The position numbers and the translations under genes are program-made. Shown piece by piece: positions 39,889 through 53,331 of a stretch of 64,000 bases of DNA. Source of the DNA: Fimicolochytrium jonesii (lineage: Eukaryota). Positions within the stretch are counted from its first letter, which is position 1; every line of letters starts with the position of its first letter. The stretch is taken from positions 434,001 through 498,000 of the forward strand of contig NW_026515677.1 in the NCBI RefSeq assembly GCF_025526975.1. Reading direction: 5' to 3'. Under the pieces are notes generated by a model. The model was given only the letters and a program-made list of their open reading frames with translations. It did no database searches and had not been told where the DNA came from.

Positions 39889-41147
39889 ATGTCGATCAAC
39901 TTTAACGACGGAGAGCAAATACTGTGCTTCCATGGACCTATGCTCTATGAGGCGAAGGTAAGAGGGCCGCGTGTGCTCCAGCTGCCTGGCATGCGTCCCT
40001 GTTTAACCACCACCCTCCTTTGCACGTCGGACAGGTCCTGAAAGCGGAAATATGGACAGGAAAGGCAGACCACGAGGACGGACCTTACTACTACATTCAC
40101 TACAAGGGTTGGAAACAAAGGTGTTCTACCGGTCGCCTGCGAAAATGTCCCCCTTAGCAACGTGTTTGAAGAAGTACTTATTGCGCTTGCGATTGCACAG
40201 TTGGGACGAATGGGTACCAGAAGCGCGCATCCTCAAATACAATGCGGAGAATCTGGCACGACAAGCCGAACTCCACCAAACCCTAAACACGAAGAAAGCA
40301 AAAGACGCCAAAAAGTCGCAAGCAAAGGAGGAGTCGAAGGATACCAAAGGGCGGAAACGGCCACGGGAACACGATGCCGAGAAAGAAGACGATTTCCTCA
40401 AACGACCGGAAGTGAAGATCACCATACCGGACGCCTTGAAGTCGCAGTTGGTGGAGGATTGGGAGAATGTGACGAAGAATCATAGGCTGGTGAGGCTGCC
40501 TCGCGATGTGACGGTGGTGGATGTACTGGAACGGTATAAGGCATCGCTACAGAGTTCAAAGGGCAAGAGGGCGGCAAAAGAGAGGTACGGGGCACCATAT
40601 GATCTTTAGACTGGCCCTCTCAGACGTGCGACGGCTGAGTCGCAGTTTTCGTCCCTTAGCGCACGTTTCGATGACTCCTTACAAGAGGTTCTGGACGGTA
40701 TCCGCATCTACTTCGACCGATCGCTCGGCAATCTTCTACTCTACCGCTTCGAAAGGCAACAATACGTGGATTTGAAAAAAGGTCACCCCGATAAGCCTAT
40801 GTCTGATCTCTACGGTGCAGAGCATCTGTTGCGCCTGTTTGGTAAGCTACCTGTTCGTGGGAGCAGACCGCGGTCCCATGTATCACTAAACCTGACCTCC
40901 TCTTAGTTCAATTCCCGGCCCTGATCGCACATTCCAACATGGAGACAGACGCCATCGCAGTACTCAAGGATCATCTCACACATATCTTAGAGTGAGTAAT
41001 CGCATGGCTTTTCAGCTTCGCAATGCGCTCTGCTGACACATTCTCCACATTATCAGATTTTTGGAAGCCCATCAACAAGAACTTTTCCTTAAAGAGTATG
41101 ATAACGCCAGTCCTGCGTACCTGGCGCAGATGAAGGCTGGTAGTTAG
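39889..41147 (+). CDS. EAF3: Chromo-barrel and MRG domain protein (Eaf3/MRG15)
   Basis: LCFHGPMLYEAK, YYIHYKGWKQSWDEWV, LKSQLVEDWE, YFDRSLGNLLLYRFERQQY, YGAEHLLRLF. Confidence 0.95.
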
Positions 41148-41466
41148 AACCTTGGTTCAAAGTCGATGTAGATACTCTTTGGTTGGATGCATACCAGGCG
41201 TAGGTAGTCGTCATGTTCAGCCCACCATGTTCTCAGGCAATTCGGTAGTCCGCTGAACTAGAGGTCGGACATACGAGTAGCAATGTACAAAGGCGAATGG
41301 TGGTGTGAAGAATGGCGGGTAGTTTATGTATTATACGTGTGGAACGAAGATAGTCGTGATCTAGGCAGATAAAGGTTCCTCTGTTGAACTTTTACGCCGC
41401 CCCATGAAATCCACTAGGCCAAAAAAACGAGCTCAAACTAGTCTGCATCGTGCGATCCCACTGTCC

Positions 41467-43501
41467 TCATGTCGGGGACTTCAACCCTGCCGAAATTCGC
41501 CTCACTGGCCGCCGGGCTTGCAACGAGCCAAGGTGCAGATTCGGGAACGAAGAAGAACCATGAGCGGCAGCTGCTGCAGCTGCTGCGGCCGCAGAAGTTC
41601 GTCGGACCGGTTGCGATCTGGCTGCCGCTGACCGAGTCTTCCGACTTGTATTCGCGAGTTGGTACGGCGACGGAAACGGGTTCGTTCGTGAGACCACCCT
41701 GCAAAGACAGACTGATGAGTGATACTCGGTGGGCAAGGCTGAGCAATGCTGGAGAAACTTACAGAATACCACGCGTCGGTAGTGTGTATCCCTTGATAAG
41801 CCCTTGCGCGATCAGCGCTACCACTATGCTCTCGACACACGCAATGTTTGTGCAATCCGTCGCCCCAGCGAATTGTGATGCCTGCATCAGTCGCATATAG
41901 TCGAGCTGCATGGGCGCTTCAGTTGGGTTTGCGTTCATCGATTGGCTGATGGAGAATCTGCGAGCATTCGTTTCGAGACATTAGCGTTCTGTGCTGTCTT
42001 GATTGTACGAGAAACAGCACCTGACTCACACAAGCCTGTACAGGTTTCGAAACATGATCATCCTCGCCCGCTGCTGAAGGATGGTGAACACGCCCAAACT
42101 ACTGTAGTACTTGACATTGGCGATCACGATGCGATCGTACTCCGCGAAGTTGCCCTTTTTGTGAGCAGCGATCAGCGGTCCGAAGTGCTCCTCCAGATGG
42201 TACTTTGCTAGAAGCTGCGGCTTTGGCAACAGACCGCGGATGAGACGTGCTACGATGTAGAGGGGAATGATGCGTCTAGACGGCGTTGGCATGGTCAGCG
42301 AGAGGTCTTGACGACGAGAGATGGCCATAGTATGTGCTCACCGGCGATTGTCAAGGGAATTTTTGTGACAATGCTCCAACGCAAAGGACAGATGTTTTTC
42401 CGCCTAATACCGAAGCGTCAGGCCTCCGCGCCATATTCAACCACCTATCATTGTGAGGAAGCATACCGCCCGAAACTTGTGGTAGTAAATTTTCAACCTT
42501 CCGACCAGAAAGTGATACGTGACACGTTGGCTCATCGGATATATCGAGAGATCCAGCCGCCTCGAGTCGATCTGCCGGACGAGTTTCGTGCAGAGCTGCG
42601 ATTCGCCCATGCGGACATAGAAGCGCAACGCGATGTTTGCGACTGTGAGCGCCGCGGATTTGGTTTCCTGAAACCCTGGTCTAGTACGCCGATCAGTTTC
42701 TTTCCGAAGCCCCGAAACTCGAATTCGTTCTGCTCACCGATCGACGAGAATCAACGACATGAGCCACGAAAACCGATTCTGCAGGTTGGTTGCTGTGGTT
42801 CGCCGCTTGCCAAGACTTTTCAGGTAATTGTCGCGCTCGAGGGCTAGATGTATCAGACCCTCGCAAAGTGTCTTCACGACCGGAACATGCCAGCTTTTCG
42901 AGAACACCGGGTTGCAGAATTGCCTGCGGTGTGCGATGTGTTGGGGGAGAGTGCCGGGCGTCAGAGTTTGCAAGTGTGACCGTTTTCGGCCCGGGTGTGA
43001 ACTTCATACTTTGATAGCCCAGGAGCGCTCGCCCACCGCGCTTATTTCTCCCTCTCGACTACAATCCAGGAGCCATATCCCTGCGTCGACCGACCCTACT
43101 TACGCGAAGACACCTGCCGCGACATCATAGAAATCCCTCGGGTCCGGCGTCGTCAGATACGACAAGAAAGCCACTACGAAATTGTCGTACGGCGCTGGAA
43201 TCCCCGCCGCCGCCACATCCTCGGCAAGGGCACCACTATCCACTACAACCGTACTATCCGCTGCCCCACTCGTCCCACCATCACTCGACGAAAGGAACTG
43301 TGAAAGGTCACTTTGTAGGGGTTCTACCCAGTCGGGGCCGAGTAATGGGTCTGTGAGGCTAGCGAGAAGGGCGCCGTTCTCGCTGTGTATTGCCGTGGCG
43401 ACCTGGGAAAGGTATTGAGCGAGGAGGCCTGAGGGGCTGTTGCCGTATCCGTTTTGCGCATCCATTCCCGGCGAGTTTTTGCTTCCATACGCGAATGCCA
43501 A
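41467..43501 (-). CDS. PCI-domain protein (PCID2/Thp1/Csn12-like)
   Basis: SQRVTYHFLVGRL, RRIIPLYIVARLIRGLLP, LIAAHKKGNF, RNLYR and winged-helix ALIAQGLIKGY...VVSRTNPFP. Confidence 0.8.
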
Positions 43502-43721
43502 ACTTGTATATGTAGTGGACGAGAAGCCATTTCAAGCCAATTTCCAAGGACGCTCTGAGGACGCTGCTTTGACGCGTTCTTGCCCTGTGAACACTGTTCC
43601 GCCATTCGGCTCCACTGCTCCCCACGAGCGCGAGACGACAGGATTCGGCAAAGCACACAAGTACTTTAGTTGCTTCCACGAGGATTGCACCTACTAGGAA
43701 CTCCATATCTCTGCACCACCG

Positions 43722-44836
43722 ATGGTCGCAACAATGGGGCTCGATTCGTGGACATCAGAGGAACTCGCGTCTGCCATCAGCGCGCTGGGTCCAGAATTTG
43801 AGGAAGTGTCCCAAACTTTCGCAGGTAATGTGATTTCTCGTCCACGGCATATGTTTTGAGCGCGGGTGTCTGTCCTTGACTGTATGTGATTGCAGATCGC
43901 CAAATAACGGGCAAGTTTCTGTACGGTGCGTCGCCTCAAGTCCTTTACGTAAAACTCAAAGGAGACCTCGGGGTCAAGGCGTTCGATGTCCGAACGAAGC
44001 TATTGGGCCAGATTGATAAATGGAAGACGGATACACAGGAAAATGGCGATGAGCAGGGTGATGGACTGGGTAGTGGGCAGGAATCAACCTTGGCGACCGA
44101 CGTAAGAGAGGCGAAACCGCCAGATCTATCAGCCAAACGGGCACGGGAAGACCCGATCCCCAACCCAGGTCCGACAGCGAAATCCACAGAGTCTCCATCC
44201 CCAGTCCTTGTCTCATCCAGTACAACAAGCTTACCTGGCTCACCACCCAAAAAGCGCCGGATCACGCCAAAATTGATCGGCCCCGTGCGGACAAGGATCC
44301 ATACCTTCGCTTCCACCACCCAACTCTCCGACTTCACCCAACGGAAGGAGGAAGCCTTGAATCAGGGCGTCGCTGGACCCGTTGGGTATCGAAATGAGTC
44401 TGAATTTGCGGATGGCGATCTGGTGGTCGAAGGAGAAGACAAAGCGCAGGTCGAGCTCGAAGAAGAGGTTGAAGAAATGATGAAGATGGAAGAGTTGGGG
44501 GAGTCGGGCAAGGGGAAGGGGAAGGGACGAGCCGTCAGCGAAGGAGAGTATGGTACTATGGAGGATCAAACCGCGGATATCAGAGATGAGGAGGAGAGGG
44601 CGGAAGATGGGGGTGAGGAAGGGGATGGGGAAGAGGGAGATGGGAGCATTGAGGAGGAAAGTGGGTCGGACGGAGAGGAGAAAGGAAACTCCGGCGATGA
44701 TGGAGGTGATGGAGGTAGCGGAGGTGTACCGACTGCAGATGTAGCGAACCAAGGGAGCTCGTCGGCTGGGCAGAACGTGATCAATCTTGATAGCGATGAC
44801 GAAGAGTACTACATAGCACGAGGTGCCCCAGACTAA
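43722..44836 (+). CDS. SAM-domain protein with basic motif and acidic tail, 2 exons
   Basis: Exon 1 MVATMGLDSWTSEELASAISALGPEFEEVSQTFA joined by a GT-AG intron to DRQITGKFL...LKGDLGVKAFDVRTKLLGQI, a SAM-like pattern. Confidence 0.72.
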
Positions 44837-45135
44837 CCTAGCAGGAAGGTGTTCCGTAGCAAGGGGCGCGGGGAACGGGAGAGAGGTTCCAAGAACGGCA
44901 ATTCATGCCGTGATGTAATGGACCGCGGCGTATTGTACGTAAGGAAAGCACTAAACTGTGGCCGCTATCTGTTTGCATGGCTCGACTATTTCATTTATTA
45001 CATTTACGTCCAAACGCCAAAAACGGTTTACATGTGCTGTACTGGTATACGTACACCCTACACTGTACAGGGTATCAATCGGTTTCCGCTGACCGTGTCT
45101 CCTCGCAGGAAGTGCTGAAACCTTCCTTGCCGCAT

Positions 45136-45875
45136 CTACAGCACATCATGCCACAGGGGCTCGCGGATTTCCACGTCATCTTTAGCTTCCTTGGCGTGAA
45201 GTATGTAGTAAACGTCTTTCGGTGGGTCCAATTCAAGTTTGTTTGCGCGTTCCCACCGTTCCATCCGAGAGAGTCCCACGCAAGGACCATACTTAAGAAG
45301 GAAAAGATATTGAATTTAGGTCACGTAGAGAAGAACAAAAGATCATTCCACTTACGGCATAGTTCAAGTCAAAGTCTTTCAAGTATTGGACAACGGCGGC
45401 CTTGTCCTGGAGCAGCGCTCGGATTTTCGCAGGAACTTCGACGACGGGTTCCGCAGCTACGTGATGCGAACATACTTTTAGCTATGCATATCCCTAGAGC
45501 TATATCTCGATTGCGCTACCCCGCCTTTGGCGGTTAGCCCTTACCTGCAACTTTCTCAGTCTCCGGCTTCTCTTCCGGCAACTCCTCTAACTCCACCCGC
45601 GCGACTTTCACATCCTTCTCCCGTTCCGCACTCAGCAGATCCACATCGGGTACCTCGTCACCTTCCGCAGACCGGGGCCTTTTCAGAGTTTGCTGCTTCT
45701 TTTTCTCAGTATGCTTCTTTCCTCCCCGACTACGGAAGTCTGTGAGTTTTCGTTGAGTGAAGGATTCGTTCAGTTTCTTTTCAGAGACTGCGTCGGCTTT
45801 GCCGCTGCCGGCGTCGTGTGCAGCGGCGCCTCCCCGGGCCTTCGTGGACCGGCTACGAGTTGCTCTGCCGCTCAT
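45136..45875 (-). CDS. POLD4: DNA polymerase delta subunit 4 (p12/Cdm1)
   Basis: PIP-degron-like QRKLTDF; LKDFDLNYA|YGPCVGLSRMERWERANKLELDPP. Confidence 0.92.
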
Positions 45876-46069
45876 GGTTGTTAGCGGCTTTGAATTTCCT
45901 GTTCGACTTTCGCTTCCCAAGATGAGTTGGGGGGGAAAATGGTTGGAGAGTCGAGTCGCGTTGAACGGCGTATTCCGGTGATAACTTCACCACTTACGCG
46001 GTCGCTTTCGCTCTTCGACATTTGACGTGGAACTCATCTGCAGCTCGGAAGCGACGGCGATAACAAAAA

Positions 46070-47033
<964 letters not shown>

Positions 47034-47458
47034 TGGGGACACGGGCCATATCGCGATATTGTATATATGAGTTGAAATTAAACTTCCTGATGGGGAAGGA
47101 ACCTCTCCACGTAACCTTTGCGCCTTGCGGGGTGGACGTCATGGAATGGCGCTGTTTTCCAATGGACAGATGCCACAGCGGATTATAGGCTCGCTGGGAA
47201 TGTCAGCGGCACCCGGGGAACTGTTTTCTTGATGTGTTCAGCGGATTACGTCAAAATGGACGGGGGGAATGGGCTCGGCATGCGTCTGCACCGCGTGCAT
47301 GCCACCCAGTGGAGTACTCTGCGTCCGACCATGACAGCAGGCCAAACTCGTAGCACACTGCGTGTATTGAAAATGACTCACAAAAAAGAACACCTTCCAC
47401 GAAAACAAAAATCCTACAGCAAATCTAAGCCCTCGCCGCCGACCGGCGTTGCTCTACT

Positions 47459-50400
47459 TCAATTCGACGGCGAATCCTTCCGTCGTCCTAACGAACTACC
47501 CATCTTCACTAGCGTTTCTAGATTATGCTCCGAGTTCTCCAACAGGTCTCCGTCGAACTCTATCACGTCGCGCTCGAAGAGCAGGATGATTGTTGAGCCT
47601 CCGAATGCGAAGTACCTGTAGTGAGAGTCCAAGTTATGAGGATCTTTATGTCCCTAAAGAACAACTATCATGTCGATATTGCCGACTTACCCATGCTCAT
47701 CCATCCGCTTGACCTGCGTTCCTTCCTTCGATGTCAGAACGATGCTTCCGACCATCATGGCACCGATAGACACATATGCAAGCTTCCCGAACTCGGGACT
47801 ATCCAAGTATGTGACGGCACGCACGTTTTCCGTGTAAACGTCAACGGTCGTCCTGATGGCCATTGGGTTGACGGTGAAGTAGGACCCGTCTATCCATTTC
47901 GTTGGGCCCACCGTGCAGTCGACTGGGAAGTGGAACCGATGGTAATCTGAAAATGGAGCCAATGAGAAGCTGGTTGTATCGAAAACAAATGACGGTTACT
48001 TGGATGTTACCTTGTGGAGCTAGCCGGAAGATCGCTACCGAGCCGCCATCGAATATTTTGGCCTGAACCAAACAGATCAACAACTGATATCGAATGACAA
48101 GGTAGAAGATAAAGCATTTTCAAACAAACCATTTCCTCGTCGGCAAGCAGATTGGGTATAGTAAACTCCCGCCCCTTGATCCACAGAGCTTTGGCCTTGT
48201 CAACACTCGTGAAGCAGTTGAGACGGCAATCGGCGGCGGACACGGCTACTCGTGGGTCTGGTGATGCCAGTGTCCGGACTCCAGGCTTGAGCTTCCGGTA
48301 GAAAAATTCGTTGAAGTTTTGGAAGCTGTCCATAGGCTCCATCACTATACCATGAATTCCCGTTAGAATGATGTCCAGACAATCAAGGTACGCGCCACCG
48401 GGGTTCACAAACCTTCATCGAGAGGAAGGTTGTGGAAAGCTACAAAGTGCTTGATAGCTTTCTTGCTCAGCGGATTGTTGAACTTCTTTCCTTGCTTCAC
48501 ACCTATGGTCGAAGAACCTAAGAAGCCATTCGCCTTGAGGATTTGCGGAAGACGCCACACTTACTCAAGTTCCGCAAAAGGTTTTTGATCAGGCGCCGCT
48601 CGACCGCTGTTGACTATAAGTTAGCTATCACAACGTATACACCCAGTTGCCATCCTGAACCGCACATACCACTCCGTCCGGATCGGAATTGATAAAGCAA
48701 ACGTATACCGAGTCGCACATACGTCGGCATCCTCTCTTCCACCAATTGACCGGTGGTTCGGTCCTGTACAATGATATTTGCTGTGGGTTGCGCAAAGCGA
48801 ATATAAGCCATGGGAACCATTTGCTCATTGGGGTTTTGGACGTACCATTATTCTTCCCAAGTCGGTATCCCCCATACGACACGTATGATACAATCTTGCT
48901 ATACCACTTCCTCGTGGCATAGGCTTCCGTTAAGAACCCTCCCATGACAAAGTTGTCGACTTTGCCGAGATCTTCGTGCGCACATAACGCAACGTGGCTC
49001 ACAACATCCAAATCGGCTTTCCGCCGGAATCTCTTCCTGCAGATGGGACACTCCCGGATCTGTATAATGTGCTCCGTTTCCGATCTGCCCGATTGCAAGC
49101 TCGACGCAGATTGCAGCAGTTCGTCCGATGTTTTGTGAGAAGGCGATTTGCTGGATTTGGCGGACTTGCTCCTCCTGAAGCTCTTAACCCTTCTGGCGCA
49201 CACGATCTTGCCAGTGATCTGCCCTTCCAGCATCTCCACCAGCTCCTCGTACTCCAGCTCATCGTCCGGCCCTTTCCCCTTCTTGATGAAGAAAAGGTTG
49301 ATAGACTCGTCGGAAAAGGTCGACCCGAGGGAATCTAGCATCGCCGTCAGTTGTACTTTATTAATCCGCCCAGCACCGTCGGTGTCGAACTGCTTGATGA
49401 GCGTCAGCCAGAAGTTTCTCCTCAGATCTGTTATAATGATCCCCATAGTTAGCCGGACGTCGCAAAGAGTATCCTACTAATGGCCCTCACCAGTATAGGG
49501 CGTGAACGTGTATTTCACTTTCAACGTGGCGGGAGCTGCCCCAGGCTGTCGTATGCAAAGCGATAAGTATTATCGCGCTGAGAAGTTCTCCAAGACGGTC
49601 TCCCGTCGTACCTTTGCCCGCTTCAACTGCAGAGTCAACGTCTCCTCGTATGTAGGCATATGTGATGGCACATTTGGAACCAGTGGGCTGGTCTTGCACT
49701 TTGCTACGAGATCTGCCATCTTGAGATCGGCCGTCCCAATATAATCGTTATTGCTGAATTTGTCGTAATCGTAAACGGCTAGATTGATCAACCATCCCAA
49801 CGCCAATTCCGAGTGACGGACGTGGCTGGAGCACGAAGATGAAGTGTCAATAAGGAGAGCTGAAGAAAAGCGAGGTAATGACGCGAACTCACAGGAACAC
49901 GCGCTCGTTCCACGCAGGGTTCAATGTATGCCGGAGAGTCCGTGTGCGGAAAGTTTTCCGCCTACATCAAATGTGAGATCCAACGCTCCGCAGAAGTCAC
50001 CACTGCCTCGACATAGACCAACTTACCCGTAGCTGCAACGAACAACCGAGTCAGGCGGCAGCTAAGACAATGAATGGGAGACATTTGGCACTTACGAGAT
50101 GACAACGAAAGGATCGCAATCGAACGAGGTTTTCGTAACGTTCGGGTCGTAAGGCAGATTCGTAGCCCCTACGACTGCAAGCAACGATAAATCACCGTGT
50201 TCGATCGAGCGAAATGACATCAGGTGCTACATACTATCCACGGTGAGAAGCCCCATTTGCGCATTGTGGTCAATCACGGTAGGTGTCCCTTCGTCGCTGG
50301 TATCCCCATTCGGCGCGTCTGAGCTTTCGGAAGCGCTGTCGTCGATAAGGGCATCTGCATCTGGTCCCTCGCCCTGTGGGGTTTCGGAGCCCACGAATTG

Positions 50401-51402
50401 ATTGAAATAGAAATCTGCACGGAACATGGGAATCAGCGGACTTGTTGTAACGGGCCGGCTGATCCTGATCTCAACTCACCGTCCGCAGGATCATCACTTG
50501 TCATCAGCGTGGCTATTGATTGATGCCCGTCAGTTCACCGTCTCCACAGTCGGAATGTGATCAGAATGAATCCTTACCATGAACAGCATTGTGTTCCGAA
50601 CTGTCGAACATCGCGAGTAGATCCTGGTCGATTTCTCCAACAAAGCCCAACTTCATGCTAGACAACGCAGAAGATTCGGTTGAACAAAACATGGGATGGA
50701 GGAAAGCGATGCTCAGCATGCCAACCTCAGTTCGCCGGTGACAATATCAGAAGCCTTTCTGCCGTGAACGGGATCCGCAAAGGGCTCATTTCTCGCGTCA
50801 TCGTATGCATGATGGCCGACGAGGCGGAGAATATCGGCTACCTTGATGGATATTTGCCCGAGAAAATCTTTTCCGATAAGATCCTTGTCCCAGAGAGTCA
50901 AATCCAGGGAGGCTGTCAAATCTTGAGTAAGTCTAATCAAACCTCCATGCCTTCATCAAGCGACTCTGTTAGGTTATACCATCGAAAAGAACTGGCGTCA
51001 ACACGCTGTCATGTGAGAGGATAACGACCTTTGGTCAGTCTCAATTGCGAAGGTTTTCAAAACGAACTTCTAGCTTGACGTGCACTCAGACACCTACAAA
51101 TCGAATTCTTCATTCCATGTCGGATTCAGATTCTTCGATACGACTTTCGTCTTGCAAGTCTGCCCACCCAACTTCAGCACGACGAAAGGATCGCTCGTCC
51201 CTCTGTGGAGCAAAGAAGGTGGTATGTCAATAAGAAGTTAGGTATTTCGTGGCAATTGCCGCCGGCAGCTGCCGATAATGCGTTGCTGCGTGGACTGAAG
51301 GAGCTGCGTTTTCAAGAAGCATGCATCGAGGACTCACCGTCTATCCTTGGCAACCAAATCCCTTGCCGATATGACTTTAACTCGCAAAGTGAGCGACTTC
51401 AT
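47459..51402 (-). CDS. PSD2: Phosphatidylserine decarboxylase 2 (two C2 domains, EF-hand, catalytic domain), about 18 introns
   Basis: C2 motifs [11 protein letters not shown] and DPFVVISYGRKTFRT, EF-hand [40 protein letters not shown] and autocleavage FAFGGST. Confidence 0.95.
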
Positions 51403-52251
51403 CGTGATTGTTGTCGCGGAGCTTCGAAGATGGAACGCCGGTGGAAATTGACCGTTTATTTCGCTTTCTTGTGCTGAACCGTCCGAGTGCCTCAGACGCT
51501 CCCTGTAGTGTACTGTCCCCGAATGTCAAGTGTGTGGAGAGTCGAGAAGGAATATGCTATGTCCAGGTTGCAACAATGCAGCCTGGGAACGTGGGCAGAA
51601 CGTTGCGGGGGGGTTGGACGCAGGGTTGGACGGAGGCCGGGAATGATGGAAGTTGCGCCTGTTGCGCGCGCTTTCTGTGTGGCGGCGGTCATCTCGGTCA
51701 TCGAATGGAGAGGCGTGGCTTTGGCTTTCGTCATTGCATGACTTCGGCAAGATAACTTCCCTTCTTTTCAAGCGCCCCGTCAAGGAACGTGGGTAATAGT
51801 ATCTGCGGATGAAGTATATGTCTCTCCGAAGTATCGATGAAAGATGACTTGGCTGGACATGGGACGACGAGAGTAAGGCATCCACCACCTTTACTGGCCC
51901 GCGTATAGTACACAACCACGGCCCTAATCTTCCCCATCCGGACCTACGGCCGAGTGGATATCTGTCGCTACCGCTGTCAGGACTGTTTCGCACGTACTTG
52001 GGTTCAATTATGTACATGAACCGAACAGCGCATATCCTAAAGGTGGGGAGTGAGATATCTGTCTTCGAGCGTCTACACAAGATGTCTCCGGATGATATTG
52101 CCGAGGCTTGAGACAGAGGAAGTGTGGGACTCGAGCGTTCTAAAGCATCGATGTCATGAGCATCCTGTTTTCGGGAAACGCCCGGTGGATAGTGATTTTG
52201 ATGCACTTCATGCGCAAGGTTTTCTGCTGGTTTCGTTCTCGTCTGTGGTGC

Positions 52252-52557
52252 TCATTTTCGCTGCCTCCGTGGCACTCCAAGTTGAGCCACGAGTTTGGCC
52301 AACGTGCCGTCAGGATCGTCGGACGGTTTGGTGGCGGGTTCGCCACCGAACTCTTCACAACGTAAATAATCAAAGTAATCCTTTCGAGAAGAGAATCCCC
52401 AATACCGCAACTGTGCAAGATCCGGAAGGGGCGCCGTGGGGTTGGTAAAGAGTTGCTGTGTGACTTGCGTGAACGTACACGCCGGTTTGATGTGTTGTTC
52501 CGACACAACTGTCGGTTGAGTGGTTTGCGCCGAAGGTGAGGTCATCCGTTTGTACAT
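52252..52557 (-). CDS. Possible small orphan protein, about 100 aa
   Basis: Open frame MYKRMTSPS...WGFSSRKDYFDYLRCEEFGG...RRQRK* in a 1.9-kb otherwise empty interval; no recognisable homology. Confidence 0.3.
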   Translation of the reverse strand: MYKRMTSPSAQTTQPTVVSEQHIKPACTFTQVTQQLFTNPTAPLPDLAQLRYWGFSSRKDYFDYLRCEEFGGEPATKPSDDPDGTLAKLVAQLGVPRRQRK

Positions 52558-53331
52558 TCTTTCTCTAATCAGCGCCCGTCCTGTAAACACGAAGTTAGAA
52601 AACAACGAAGACACGGAAGTAACCGCAAGTCGACTCACCCAGGTAGGGCTTGTGTAGACGACATATGTTGAGAAACACACTGCAGCGGGCTCACCGCACG
52701 GGCTGTCGGTGGTTTTCAATGATGAAAGAAGAAGTACACAAGTAGTGAGATGGTGGGTGCGGAAATTGACATGGGGACGAACAGTCCGCACCCTCGAAGC
52801 ATCCAAGGCAACGCGGACACGACGCCGGACGACTCCGTGGCTTGACCCTTGACAAATAACGCGTTTGGCCGGCATTCATCCGCGGTCCGGCGTCCGCCCA
52901 TCTCGCGAACGCCAAACAAAGGTGTCTTCCCAGTCTTCCTTACTCCTTACTATTTCTCCGGCATCGTGCGTCCTCTCTGCATAACTTTGGGCATCATTGG
53001 GGGATAATGTGCGATTGACGTTGGAGGGCAATAATGATCTGCGCGTAAAAGCGCCATATCGAGTCAATATCGAGTCAAAGGTCGTGTGACGCGAACATCC
53101 CCTCATCCCTTCGAATGTCGCCAGCCCACTGCCCAGCCTCTCGGCGCTACTCAACACCCCCCCAAATAATACCTCCTCCAAGTTGCCTGCCTGGCCCACA
53201 CCGCAGCACAGCAGTAGGCTACCGTCAGGCAGGCAACAAGAACCCGAAACGAGAGCAGCAGCGACGTGTGAAAGGGTCCTGTGGAGCTCAACTCGTTTCT
53301 CTAGGCGCCTTAACCACCTATCGTCCTCAAC

